Of a stretch of DNA of 64,000 nt, positions 10,455 to 22,546 are shown one piece after another. Below the pieces are notes generated by a model. The model searched no databases and was not told the origin of the DNA. It saw only the letters and a program-made list of their open reading frames with translations. Every line of letters begins with the position of its first letter. Within the stretch, counting starts at the first letter, position 1. The DNA is taken from contig NC_043020.1 of assembly GCF_006345805.1 (NCBI RefSeq), positions 7,068,001 to 7,132,000 on the forward strand, written 5' to 3'. A program made the position numbers and the translations under genes. Source of the DNA: Octopus sinensis. Its lineage: Eukaryota.

Positions 10455-12550
10455 TAATATATATATATATATACATGCATACACATACATACATACATAT
10501 ACATACATACACATATATACACATACATGCACATATATATACATACATGCATATATATATATACATGCACATATACATACATACACATATACATACATAC
10601 ATACACATATATATATACATACATACATACACATATATATACATACATACATATACATACACATATACATACATACATACACATATACATACATACATAC
10701 ACATATATATATACATACATACATACACATATATATATACATACATACATACATACACATATATATATACATACATACATACACATATATATATATACAT
10801 ACATACACATATATATATACATACATACATACACATATATATATACATACATACATACACATATATATACATACACATATATATACATACATACATACAT
10901 ACACACATATTACATACATACATACACACATATATACACACATATACACACATATATATACACACATATATATACACACATATATTAATACATACATACA
11001 TACATACACACATATATATATACATACATACATACATACACACATATATATACATACATACATACATACACATATATATACATACTACATACATACACAC
11101 ATATATTACATACATACATACATACACACATATATATATACATACATACATACATACACACATATATAACATACATACATACACATATATATATACATAC
11201 ATACATACATACACACATATATATATACCTACATACATACATACACACATATATATATACATACATACATACATACCACATATATACACACATATATACA
11301 CACACATATATACACACATATATACACACATATATATATACATACATACATACATACACACATATATATATACATACATACATACATACACACATATATA
11401 TACATACATACATACATACACACATATATATACATACATACATACATACACACATATATATATACATACATACATACATACACACATATATATATACATA
11501 CATACATACATACACACATATATATACATACATACATACACATATATATATACATACATACATACATACACACATATATATATACATACATACATACATA
11601 CACACATATATATATACATACATACATACATACACACATATATATATACACATACATACATACACACATATATATATACATACATACATACATACACACA
11701 TATATATATACATACATACCCACATATATATATACATACATACATACATACACATATATATATACATACATACATACACATATATATATATACATACATA
11801 CACATATATATATACATACATACATACACATATATATATACATACATACATACACATATATATACATACACATATATATACATACATACATACATACACA
11901 CATATATACATACATACATACACACATATATACACACATATACACACATATATATACACACATATATATACACACACATATATATATAACATACATACAT
12001 ACACACAATATATATACATACATATACATACATACACACATATATATACATACATACATACATTACACATATATATATTATACATACATACATACATACA
12101 CACATATATATATACATACATACATACATTACACACATATATATATACATACATTACATACATACACACATACATATATACATACATACATACACATATA
12201 TATATACATACATACATACATACACACATATATATATATACATACATACATACATACACACATATATATATATACATACATACATACATACACACATATA
12301 TATATATACATACATACATACACACACATATATATATACATACATACATACATACACACATATATATATACATACATACATACACATATATATATATACA
12401 TATCCCGGACGTTAAACGACGACGACGATGAACATACATACATACATACACATATATATATACATACATACATATATACATACATACATACATACACATA
12501 TATATATACATACACATATATATATACATACACATATATATACATACACA

Positions 12551-12582
<32 letters not shown>

Positions 12583-12650
12583 CACATACATATATATACA
12601 TACATACACATACATATATATGTATACAAAAATATATACATACAAATCTT
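10455..12650. repeat. Very long compound microsatellite (TACA/TATA/CACA), about 2.2 kb
   Basis: Continuous C/A/T dinucleotide and tetranucleotide mosaic; source of the Y/I/H/T-rich pseudo-ORFs. Confidence 0.97.
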
Positions 12651-12695
12651 ACTTTTAACAAAAGTCAGGATGCATTGCATTCATTACTCAGTAAA

Positions 12696-12891
12696 TGAAA
12701 AATGCATCAAATAAACGATGACAGCTAAAAAATGTTCACATAGGACAGGCACATAAGGCCCCTAATTCTTCTTCACTTATCAACCAAATGGTATGCCATT
12801 TGGTCGATAACTGATAAAAGATTGAGGCCTTCTGTGTCCATCCTATGAGAACATTTTTTTAGCTGTCATTGTTTATTTAATGCATTTTTCA
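12696..12891. mobile_element. AT-rich palindromic (hairpin) element
   Basis: Arms TGAAAAATGCAT..ACAGCTAAAAAATGTTC..ACCAAATGG | CCATTTGGT..GAACATTTTTTTAGCTGT..ATGCATTTTTCA around a 4-nt loop. Confidence 0.8.
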
Positions 12892-12924
12892 GTTATCATA
12901 CACACATACATACATATATATATA

Positions 12925-13120
12925 TAGTTAATCCAAACAAGAAAGCACAAAAAAACAACAAGGCGAGGACGTGGAACAAAAAGTATTATTGAATGCTCAG
13001 GAAGGAAGGGAAGAAGGAGGGTTTAACGTTTCGAACGGAGCTCTTCGTCGGAAACATAGAAGGAAAGATCCAGAGAAGAGAAGACAGAGGGAAAAAAAAA
13101 AATCGCCAACGGTACACATG
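12925..13120 (-). mobile_element. Penelope-type terminal repeat fragment, hammerhead family 3
   Basis: Minus strand GTTT CCGACGA AGAGC TCC GTTC GAAAC GTT AAAC (13021-13055). Confidence 0.5.
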
Positions 13121-13159
13121 AGGTCCATATATATCAATCATTGATCGCTAAATTCACAA

Positions 13160-13330
13160 GTTTTTTTTATTCTGTCTGTCTATTTCCTCGTGTTCTTTTC
13201 TGATGAAGAGCATAGGCTCGAAACATAAAAGACTTTCTCACCTCCCTTCCCGTGCATCAAACTAATACACCTGCTTGTTGTTTATACACCTGTCTTCATC
13301 TTTTGTTTTACTGTAAATTTCAACTATACA
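13160..13330 (+). mobile_element. Penelope-type terminal repeat fragment, hammerhead family 2
   Basis: Shares the downstream ctaatac..ttcatcttttgttt..gtaaa segment with 34735-34945. Confidence 0.6.
13194..13232 (+). ncRNA. Minimal type-I hammerhead ribozyme motif (cleavage triplet altered to AUA)
   Basis: TCTTT(T) CTGATGA A GAGC-ATAG-GCTC GAAAC ATA AAAGA: intact CUGAUGA/GAAA core, with stems I and II able to pair. Confidence 0.6.
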
Positions 13331-13521
13331 CACACACACACACATTGTTTTTTATACACAAATGTGTTTGTGTTTGTCTATATGCATATGTACAGGCTAG
13401 GGCAGAGGGGATGGACGTTTTTGAAATGGCTGATACTCAGCCCCAAGGGGAGAGACATATGTCCGACAGGTACCATTCGGTCTCTGGTGTCTTAGCATTT
13501 TTTCTCTTTTCGGGGGAAGTC

Positions 13522-13790
13522 ATGGTGCTGTGGATGTTAGAGAATCACGTGCTTGCCTCCAACAGTTGCATGAAGAATAACAAAGCTGTCACAGCAGTTC
13601 AGCCTGAGTGTCAGTGCCACTTGAACATTCACCGAAACCAGGCTGTCCTTGCCCGTAACACAATCTTATGTTGGGTGAATGCACTTCGTACATGAGGTAT
13701 ACTAATGAACAGGAGACCAGTGGGGGTGCCACAAATGGTATGGACCCTGGAAAATGTGGAACATGTCAGACAAGCTTTCAGAAAAGCATC
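13522..13790 (+). mobile_element. Tc1/mariner transposase N-terminal fragment (degenerate)
   Basis: MVLWMLENHVLASNSC.KNNKAVTAVQ..HLNIHRNQAVLARNTILCWVNALRT*G.LMNRRPVG.P..V.T.ENVE.VRQA, resembling the HTH region of DUF4817-type mariner transposases. Confidence 0.7.
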
Positions 13791-13962
13791 AATGGAAATG
13801 GACACCACATGATGGATGTTGTTTTCCACACTTGATTTTGACAAATGCTTAATCAATACGAACACATCGATGTCAATAAAATTTGTTTCTAGCTAAAATG
13901 AATGATTTTGTGAACTTTTTTCAAAAATGTCTGCCTTCTCTGCCCCAACCTGTATGTGAATG

Positions 13963-14016
<54 letters not shown>

Positions 14017-14070
14017 ATATTATATATATTTATAATATATGTGGTGTGGTTGTGTGTGTGTGTGTGTCTA

Positions 14071-14108
<38 letters not shown>

Positions 14109-14547
14109 TTATATATATATATGTGTGTGTGTGGTGTGTGTCTATGCATATGTATATGTGCAAGCATATGTATATATGTGTGTGCATGTGTATGTGTGTA
14201 TGCATATGTATGTGTGTATGTGCATATATATAGATATAGATATATATGTGTGTGTATGTGTGTGTGTATATATATATATATACACACACAATGCACACAT
14301 CGTTACTATTATCTTAAACTGTCGTATGTCCAAATTCTTTTCATTATTCATTTTTGCTTGCAGTAGCCAGTTCTTTTGGTCAAACTATCGTATCTCCAGC
14401 TGCTTCAGATGCCAAGATATCAAAAATTGTCAAAGTGTAGTTCAACGGTTTTGCTATGGAATGGTGAAACTATTTTTCCGTTTTCCGAAAAAGCAACATT
14501 TTGGACTTATGACACTTCTGCATAATAGCAATGATATGCATTTGTGT

Positions 14548-14840
14548 GAAGGTATGTGGTATATTGGTTAAAATGTTGCACTCCTGATCAAACAATTGTG
14601 AGTTCGATTCCCAAACCAAGCAGTGCATTGTGTTCTTGAGCAAAAGACTCAGTCTCATCCTATGTTTCTCACAAGTCCACTCAGATGTGGACAGGAAACT
14701 CTACAACAGAGTTGCCATCCGATCAGGGAGAATGTTAGCCAGTGGTGTGGTGGCATCATCTGACAGCTAAAAACAATGCAAAGTGCATTGTGACCAGTGA
14801 TGTTTAACAACATCTGATAGTCTGGTCAAACACATGATAT
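14548..14840 (+). mobile_element. SINE family D, head H2 + tail T1 (degenerate)
   Basis: GAGTTCGATTCCC B-box, GTGTTCTTGAGCAAAAGAC..AGTCCACTCAG body; the tail matches 2517-2630. Confidence 0.7.
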
Positions 14841-15213
14841 AGATGTGTGTGTGTAAAATGGAACAAAAATGCAATAGAGGACAAAACATTTGGACAGATA
14901 GATGATACAAAGGCGGACAGGAGGAAAAATAATTAGGACAGGGAAAAAAAAAGGACGGGTCATTCGTGGCCTTCTTTCTTCAGTCAAGCTACCAGATATC
15001 CTTACTGTTTCGGGCAGTTACACTTGAGATAGTTTAATCTGGTTGCCCCCAAAAAAGTCTAAGCTAAGAGCATTAGATTTTTTTATAAGAAAGTTAGCAA
15101 ATGTGTACAGCAACAAAGACAAAAAACAGACAACATGGTACACAATTACAAATACAAACAACAAGAATATAACAACAGGTGTCTTTCGACTGAGAACAAA
15201 TCAACATGTGTGC

Positions 15214-15248
<35 letters not shown>

Positions 15249-15369
15249 GTGTGATAGTGTGCACCCATGTATATGTGCATTTACATTAGCCCAAGCTGTC
15301 TGTATGTGTATATGGATGTGTGTTTGTGTGTGTCTGTACAGGTCTCTCCTCCCCTCTCAAAGGATCTTT

Positions 15370-15658
15370 GTCTTGCAAGGTACCTGATAACCCTACCAGT
15401 GCTGGTGCTACTTAAAAAAGCATCCAGTCCACACCGTGAAATGGTTGGCATTCAGAAGGACATAAGGCTGTAAAATCCCAGCCAAAACTGACCTCGCTTG
15501 TGCTGGTTACCATGTAAAAAGCACTCAATTCACTCTGTGGAGTGGTTGGTGCTAGCAAGGGCATCCAACCCTTAAAATCATGCCAAAACAGACACGGGAA
15601 CCTGGTGCAGCTCCTGTCAAACCATCCAACCCAAGCCAGCATGGAAAGCAGACATTAA
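15370..15658 (+). mobile_element. SINE family C
   Basis: GAGTGGTTGGTGCTAGCAAGGGCATCC..CCAACCCAAGCCAGCATGGAAAGCAGACATTAA. Confidence 0.7.
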
Positions 15659-15877
15659 CCCTTTAGTGTTCTGATTATTCTATGAAACATAATGCCTATT
15701 GATTCCCATTGATTTGAATTAATCATGCATTATCTCATATCTTCAAGATGTTGATGGTGTAATTACTTAATGTAGAATAACATTGTAGGGTAGGTGTGAG
15801 AGCCTGGATCTGGTTAGTTTGAACATAAAACAGATTAACTATTTTGGCCGGATATGGCCGGTTTAAATACTAAAGGG
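15659..15877. mobile_element. TTAA-flanked MITE
   Basis: TTAA|CCCTTTAG..CTAAAGGG|TTAA. Confidence 0.8.
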
Positions 15878-16844
15878 TTAAATGATGATAATCACACACA
15901 CACACACACACACGTTTTCTGTTTTATAAATGTAAGATAAAACTGGAAAATTTTGGTATCATTCATTCCATATTACATGTGTTTCGTTACCAATAAAAGC
16001 TACATTGGTAAACACCGCCTGGAGTACAACCCTATCTACATACTCTATCCTCATCATCATCATCATCACTGCTTTCCATACTGGCATGGGTAGGATGGTT
16101 TGGCAGGAAACCCGGTAAGGTGCAGGGTTGGAATAAACACACACAACCACATATGTAAGAGAGAGAGAGAGAGAGAGAGAGGGGGGGTAGAATGAGGGTA
16201 TCACAGTGTCTCGGTGCGTGTGTACCAGTATCAGAGATGTACCACTGTGTAACGAGAGAGAGAGAGAGTGAGTGCGGTAGGGGAGGGGGCACAGGTATCA
16301 CAATGTATGAGGGGATGGTGGCACAAATTACAAAACACCCCCCACTTCACCCCTCCACATACATTTCTACAGTAACATTGGACCCACCCTCCACCCTCAT
16401 CAACCCCTCCACTCTCATCGTTCCGTTCTGCAATCACACACACACCTTGCCCCCACCCACCCCACTGGTCTAATCAAATTTCCTTCCTGTTGTCTCTCCT
16501 CTGCACAGAGGCAGTGATGGAGGTGGTGGTAGTAGTAGTAGTAGTAGTGGGAATGATGGTGGTGATGGTAGTAGTAGTAGTAGGAGTGATAGTAATAGTA
16601 TTGGTGATGATGATGGCTGCAGTGGTAGTAACAGTGATGGTAGTGGGAGTGACAGGGTGGTGATGGTAGTGGTGGTAGTAATAAGGGTGGTAGAACTGCC
16701 ATGGCCCGAAGGTTACACCTGTCACAAAACATCTCTCCCTCCCTCCCTAATAGACCTAGCAAGTAACTAAAATGGTAAAAAAGAAATATATATATATATA
16801 TATACACACACAAGAAATAAAATGTAGGTGCACTCACACTTTAA

Positions 16845-17790
16845 TTAGAGAGCTATATTTACACCTTAATTAGAGAGGTGTTCACACATTTAATTTGAGG
16901 TTTAGTTACACCTTAATTAGAGTTAGTTTCACACCTTTACTAGGAGGGTGCTTACACTTCTAATTGGATGTTTAGTTGATCCCCTAATCGCAGGTATATT
17001 TACACTTTTTTTACAGGTGTATTTACATGTTAATTAGAAAGATATATTTACACCTTAATTACAGATGTGTTCACACCTTTTGTGGGAGGAATAGTTACAT
17101 AAGACCTTCACTAGGAGTGTGTTCACATTTCTAATTGGAGGCTTAGCTATACCTTAATTACAGGTATATTTACATTTTAAAACTAATATTTACACCTTTA
17201 ATTAGTTACGGGAATTTTCATACATTCACTGTCTTCTAAACAGAAGTTTAATAACTCTTAATTGCAGATATACGTACACTTTAATTACAGGTGTATTTCC
17301 ACCTTCGTTAGGTGTTTATATCATAATTGAAAATGTATTTACACCTTAATTAGAAATGTTTACACCTTAATGAGAGCTGTGTTTACATGTTTAATTAGAA
17401 GTACAGTTACACTTTAATTAGAGATACATTCACACCTCCACTAGAGAAGTGCTCACACTTCTAAGAGGTTTTAGTTAAACTCCTAATTCCAGGTGCATTT
17501 ACACTTCAATTACAGGTGTATTTCACCCTTCGTTACGAGCTTATACCATAACGGGAAATATATTTATACGTTAATTACAGATGTGTTTATACTGTAATTA
17601 AAGGCATGATGGCATTCTAATGGGATATATATTCACATCTTAATTAGAAGTGTGGGTATACCTTAAATAAAAATGTGTTTATACCTTAAATAGAAATGTG
17701 TTTACACCTGGGAATACAAGCCTGAATTAAGGTAATTATATCTTAATTAAAGGTGAACTGTACTATCCTCAAATTCCAACTTAGACAGAG
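16845..17790. repeat. Degenerate AT-rich minisatellite, about 23-25-bp unit
   Basis: Recurrent TTTACACCTTAATTA(G/C)A(G)..GTGT motif over about 950 bp. Confidence 0.8.
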
Positions 17791-17869
17791 GCTGACTGTA
17801 CACCTTTAGTATATGTCATACACTAACATATACATACACACACACATACATACATACATACATACATAC

Positions 17870-18100
17870 CATGTGATTGACCAGACTATTTGATGTTATA
17901 TATCGCTGGTCACAGTGCGCTTTGCATCATTTTAGCTTGATACTTTGTCACAGGGTTATTCATTTACGGCTGAGTGGACTGGAATAATGTGAAATGAAGT
18001 GTTTTGCTCAAGAACACAATGTGCCACCCTGGTCTGGGAATTGAACTCATGATCTAGCAATCCTGGGTGCAACACCCTAACCATTAGGCCATGTGCCTTC
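17870..18100 (-). mobile_element. SINE family D, head H2 + tail T1
   Basis: Minus strand GAAGGCACATGGCCTAATGGTTAGGG..GAGTTCAATTCCC..GTGTTCTTGAGCAAAACAC..CAGTCCACTCAGC. Confidence 0.75.
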
Positions 18101-18129
18101 TCGGAAGCAAGTGAGGCACAGTTAGAGGC

Positions 18130-18600
18130 ACACACACGTATACACACATCTACACTGAAGCACACACACACACACACACACACACATCTATACAGAGGTG
18201 TATACACATATCTAGACAGAGGTACACACACACATGTGTATAAACACATCTAGACAGGCACATGCACAGTGTATACATAGACACAGACATACACATACAC
18301 ACACACACACACACACGTGTGTATACACACATCTAGACAGAGGCACACACATGTGTATACATACATCTAGACAGAGGCACACACACACACACACACACAC
18401 ACGTGTGTACACACATCTAGACAGAGGCACACACACACAAACACACACACCCTAGATGATGTATAAGACACATACACACCTACACAGACGTGTACACACA
18501 CACAGATATACACACACACACACAGCAGTATAAACACACGTACACACAGCAGTATAAACACACGTACACACACACCAACACAAAAGTATAGACACACACA
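18130..18600. repeat. (CA)n-based compound repeat with a recurring ACACATCTAGACAGAGG spacer
   Basis: Spacer seen about 6 times between CA tracts. Confidence 0.8.
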
Positions 18601-18649
18601 CTGCAAACAGACCAATTTTTACAGAAGAGTATGGAACATACAGAGGGAG

Positions 18650-18691
<42 letters not shown>

Positions 18692-19119
18692 TGAAAGAGT
18701 AAAAGAAATGCTGAGTTTGTAATAGAGGAGGGGCAGTGGGGCGAGGGGGGGGGGGTAGTTAGCAAATTTACTTTGAAAATGAAAAAATGGATTTAATGAG
18801 AATTGTATTTCAGTTTCTCTCCTTACATAGCTTAATGATGTATATCCTGCCCAGGACAGACAGGATATGTGTTTTATCTTTAACTTGTTTCAGTAACTGG
18901 ACTGTGGCCATGCTGGGGCACTGCCCTGAAGAATTTATAGTCGAAAGAAAAAAATTTAACCGCACTACCTATTTCGTTTGTTTTCTCGTTTGGTTGTTTC
19001 AAGTTGGTACCTATTCTGTCAATGTCTTTTGCCAAACTGCTAAGTTATGCGGACATAAACAAACCAACACCGGTTGTCAAGCAGCAGTCAGAGAGACAAC
19101 CACAGGTGAATGGTGAGAT

Positions 19120-19210
19120 TCCATACAGTCTCACCCCATCTCAAAAAGTCACCCCATCTCAAAAACTCACCCCATCTCAAAAACTCACTCCATCTCAAAA
19201 ACTCCCCCCA
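19120..19210 (+). repeat. 18-bp tandem repeat, about 4-5 copies
   Basis: CACCCCATCTCAAAAACT. Confidence 0.9.
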
Positions 19211-20083
19211 CTCACTCAAGGAAGCTCCCTACATTTCCATTTCTCTATCTTGCGAGTTCTTTGGAGAACATGAAGGGACAGGAGTAGAAGATTTCAATCA
19301 AGAACTCCCTGCCATAATACCTGAAGTTCCACAGCACAAGTTTCTAATGTTGGTGGCACGAAAAAAAGACACACAGTGTACGCTCTGTATAATGGTTGGC
19401 ATTAGGAAGGACATTGATGCCAATGCTGCTCACACAAGACCTTTGCACAGCCCTGCAGCTCATTGGATCCTGTCAAACCAATATTGATATGGAAAACAGA
19501 TGTTAAATGACGACGATGATTAATTTCCATCTGCCAGAGCAGAGTTCTTTGGCTTCTGTGTCTTCAGGAATAAATCGGTGTTGTTGTAGACGCGTGAGGT
19601 CTTGCTTTGTTGACTTGGCAGAGCTGATCCGTTCTGGGAATTTTGCTTTTTTTTTTTTTTTTTTTGTTTTTTTTCAAAGTTTGGGTGTATTTACAGTTAT
19701 GGGGGTAGAACCCTATTGACATGCTATGTATCATCATTCATTACTTAACATCTGTTTTCCATGGTGGCTGGCATGGGTAGGATGGTTTGACAAGGAACCA
19801 TTGAGGTGCAGGGGCTGCAATACACACGCACAGGCATAAGGATATATACATACATACATATATATATACATACATACATAATATAATACATACATACATA
19901 TATATATATACATACATACATACATACATACATACATACACATACATACATACACATACATACATACATACACATACATACACACACATACATACATACA
20001 TATACATACATACACATACATACATACACATACATACATACACATATATACATACATACACATATATACATACATACACATAT

Positions 20084-20127
<44 letters not shown>

Positions 20128-20583
20128 TATATATATATGCAGGAGGGGGGAGATAAGAGAGACAAAGACAGACATACAGACAGAGAGAGAGAGAGAGGGG
20201 GGGGAAGACAGAGGGAGAGAGTGAGAAGGAGACACAGACAAAGATAGACAAAAACAGGGACAGACAGATACGCAAACAGGGAGAGGGGGAGAGATACAGA
20301 GAAGAGAGAAAAAGAGAGAGAAGAGTGAGAGAGGGGGAGAAATAGACAGACAGACAACTAGATAGAGAAATAGAGGGTTAGATAGGTAGACAGACAGACA
20401 GACATGATAGAAGAGTGGTAAAAGAAAAAAATGACGCAGCAAGATACAGATATAGATATAAATATAAAACCGATGATGTATACCACATGCAAAGACAGAA
20501 ATCCTGGAGAGAAGACATAGATATCGCATGGATGGATAGAAGGATGGATGGATGGACATATATAGATAAAAAAAAAGCACATA

Positions 20584-20985
20584 TACTCTTACTCTCTTTT
20601 ACTCTTTTACTTGTTTCAGTCATTTGACTGTGGCCATGCTGGAGCACCGCCTTTAGTCGAGCAACTCGACCCCGGGATTTATTCTTTTGTAAGCCCAGTA
20701 CTTATTCTATCGGTCTCTTTTGCCAAACCGCTAAGTGACGGGGACGTAAACACACCAGCATCGGTTGTCAGGCAATGCTAGTGGGGACAAACACAGATAC
20801 ACAAACAGATATATATATACGACAGGCTTCTTTCAGTTTCCGTCTACCAAATCCACTCACAAGGCTTTGGTCGGCCCGAGGCTATAGCAGAAGACACTTG
20901 CCCAAGATGCCACGCAGTGGGACTGAACCCGGAACCATGTGGTTGGTAAACAAGCTACTTATCACACAGTCACTCCTGCGCCTAT
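20584..20985 (-). mobile_element. SINE family A, full length
   Basis: tRNA-like head, central (TA)n tract, 3' hairpin CAGTCA-AA-TGACTG and (GAGTAAAA)n tail. Confidence 0.9.
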
Positions 20986-21309
20986 GATACAATAGGCATA
21001 AAGATATCTTAGAAAGAGAGACAGACAGACAGACAGACCGATAGGTGTAGCTAAACTGCTGAGAGGGATAAAGAAACAATATAGTTTATAAAGAGACAGT
21101 GTTCTCAAAGATTACTAACACCCTGTTTCAGTCTGAGCAGATACTGTAAACAGAAAACCAAATGAAGATATATTAGAATCGTCCCATTCTTCGCCGGATG
21201 AAGACATTGCTGTCTTCATTAATAGAAAATATAAATTAAATGAATTAAAACAAAATAAATATTGCATGAAACATTTGGAAATCCTTAGAATGATATTTTC
21301 AAAAGTAAT

Positions 21310-21505
21310 AGGCACAGGAGTGGCCGTGTGGTAAGTAGCTTGCTTCCCATCCATATGGTTTGGGGTTCAGTCCCACTGTGCGGCACCTTGGGCAAGTGTC
21401 TTTTACTATAGCATTGGGTTGACCAGAACCTTGTGAGTAGATTATGTAGATGAAAACTGAAAGAAGCCCATTATGTGTGTGTGTGTGTGTGTGTGTGTGT
21501 ATTTA
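21310..21505 (+). mobile_element. SINE family A, 5' half
   Basis: ATAGGCACAGGAGTGGCCGTGTGGTAAG..GGTTCAGTCCCACTG..CTTGGGCAAGTGTC. Confidence 0.8.
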
Positions 21506-21544
21506 TAGGTATTGTGCCTATAATAGAAAGGATTATCATTATTA

Positions 21545-22000
21545 TTTATTTATTGCCCACAGGGGGCTAAACAGAGAGGACAAACAAGGACAAAGGGATT
21601 AAGTCGATTACATCGACCCCAGTGCATAACTTCTACTTATTTAATCAACCCTGAAAGAATGAAAGGCAAAGTCGACCTCGGCAGAATTTGAACTCAGAAC
21701 ATAAAGACAGATAAAATACGCTAAACATTTCACCCGGTGCGCTAACGATTCTGCCAGCTTGCTGCCCTATCATTATCGTTATTGTAATTATTATGATGGC
21801 AGTGAGCTGGCAGAATCGTTAGCATGCCAGGCGAAATGTTTAGCAGTATTTCATCTGTCTTTATGTTCTGAGTTCAAATGCTGCCAAGGTCAACTTTACC
21901 CTTCATCCTTCCAGGGTCAATAAATTAAGTACGGAATTGATATAATCAACTAGCCTCATTCCTCGAAATTACTGACCTTCAACAAAAATTTGAAACCATT
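21545..22000. mobile_element. Two SINE family B copies, head to head (- then +)
   Basis: 21545-21770 is the reverse-complement copy; 21795-22000 is the forward copy. Confidence 0.75.
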
Positions 22001-22062
22001 ATTATTATTATTATTAAGGCAGCAAGCCTTTTCAAAGTCGATAAAATAAATAGTAGTTCAGT

Positions 22063-22287
22063 ACAGGCACAGGAGTGGCTGTGTGGCAAGTGGCTTGCTT
22101 ACCAACTACATGGTTCCAGGTTCAGTCCCACTGCGTGGCATCTTGGGCAAGTGTCTTCTACTATAGTCTCGGGCCAACCAAAGCCTTGTGAGTGGATTTG
22201 GTAGACGGAAACTGAAAGAAGCCCGTCGCATATATGCATATGTATGTATATATATATAATATATATAGATATATATATATATATATA

Positions 22288-22319
<32 letters not shown>

Positions 22320-22546
22320 ATATATGTTTGTGTGTCTGTGTTTGTCCTCCCACCATCGCTTGACAACCGATGCTGGTGTGTTTACATACCCGTAACTTAG
22401 CGGTTCAGCAAAAGTGACCAATAGAATAAGTACCAGGCTTACAAGGAATAAGTCCTGGGGTCGATTTGCTTGACTAAAGGTGGTGCTCCAGCAAGGCCGC
22501 AGTCAAATGACTGAAACAAGTAAAAGAGTAAAAGAGAGTAAAGAGT
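22063..22546 (+). mobile_element. SINE family A, full length
   Basis: Head to (GAGTAAAA)n tail with an expanded internal (TA)/(TG) tract. Confidence 0.9.

Noticed and set aside
8157-12680. Long ORFs of 150-570 aa rich in Y/I/H/T or M/Y/V/C
   Set aside because: They are translations of TA/CA/TACA microsatellites, which lack stop codons in several frames. The same applies at 13956-14571, 19734-20580, 35464-36485 and 43454-43928.
21115-21300. Minus-strand ORF containing MSSSGEEWDDSN..
   Set aside because: Short, AT-rich and runs into a SINE; no family can be assigned.
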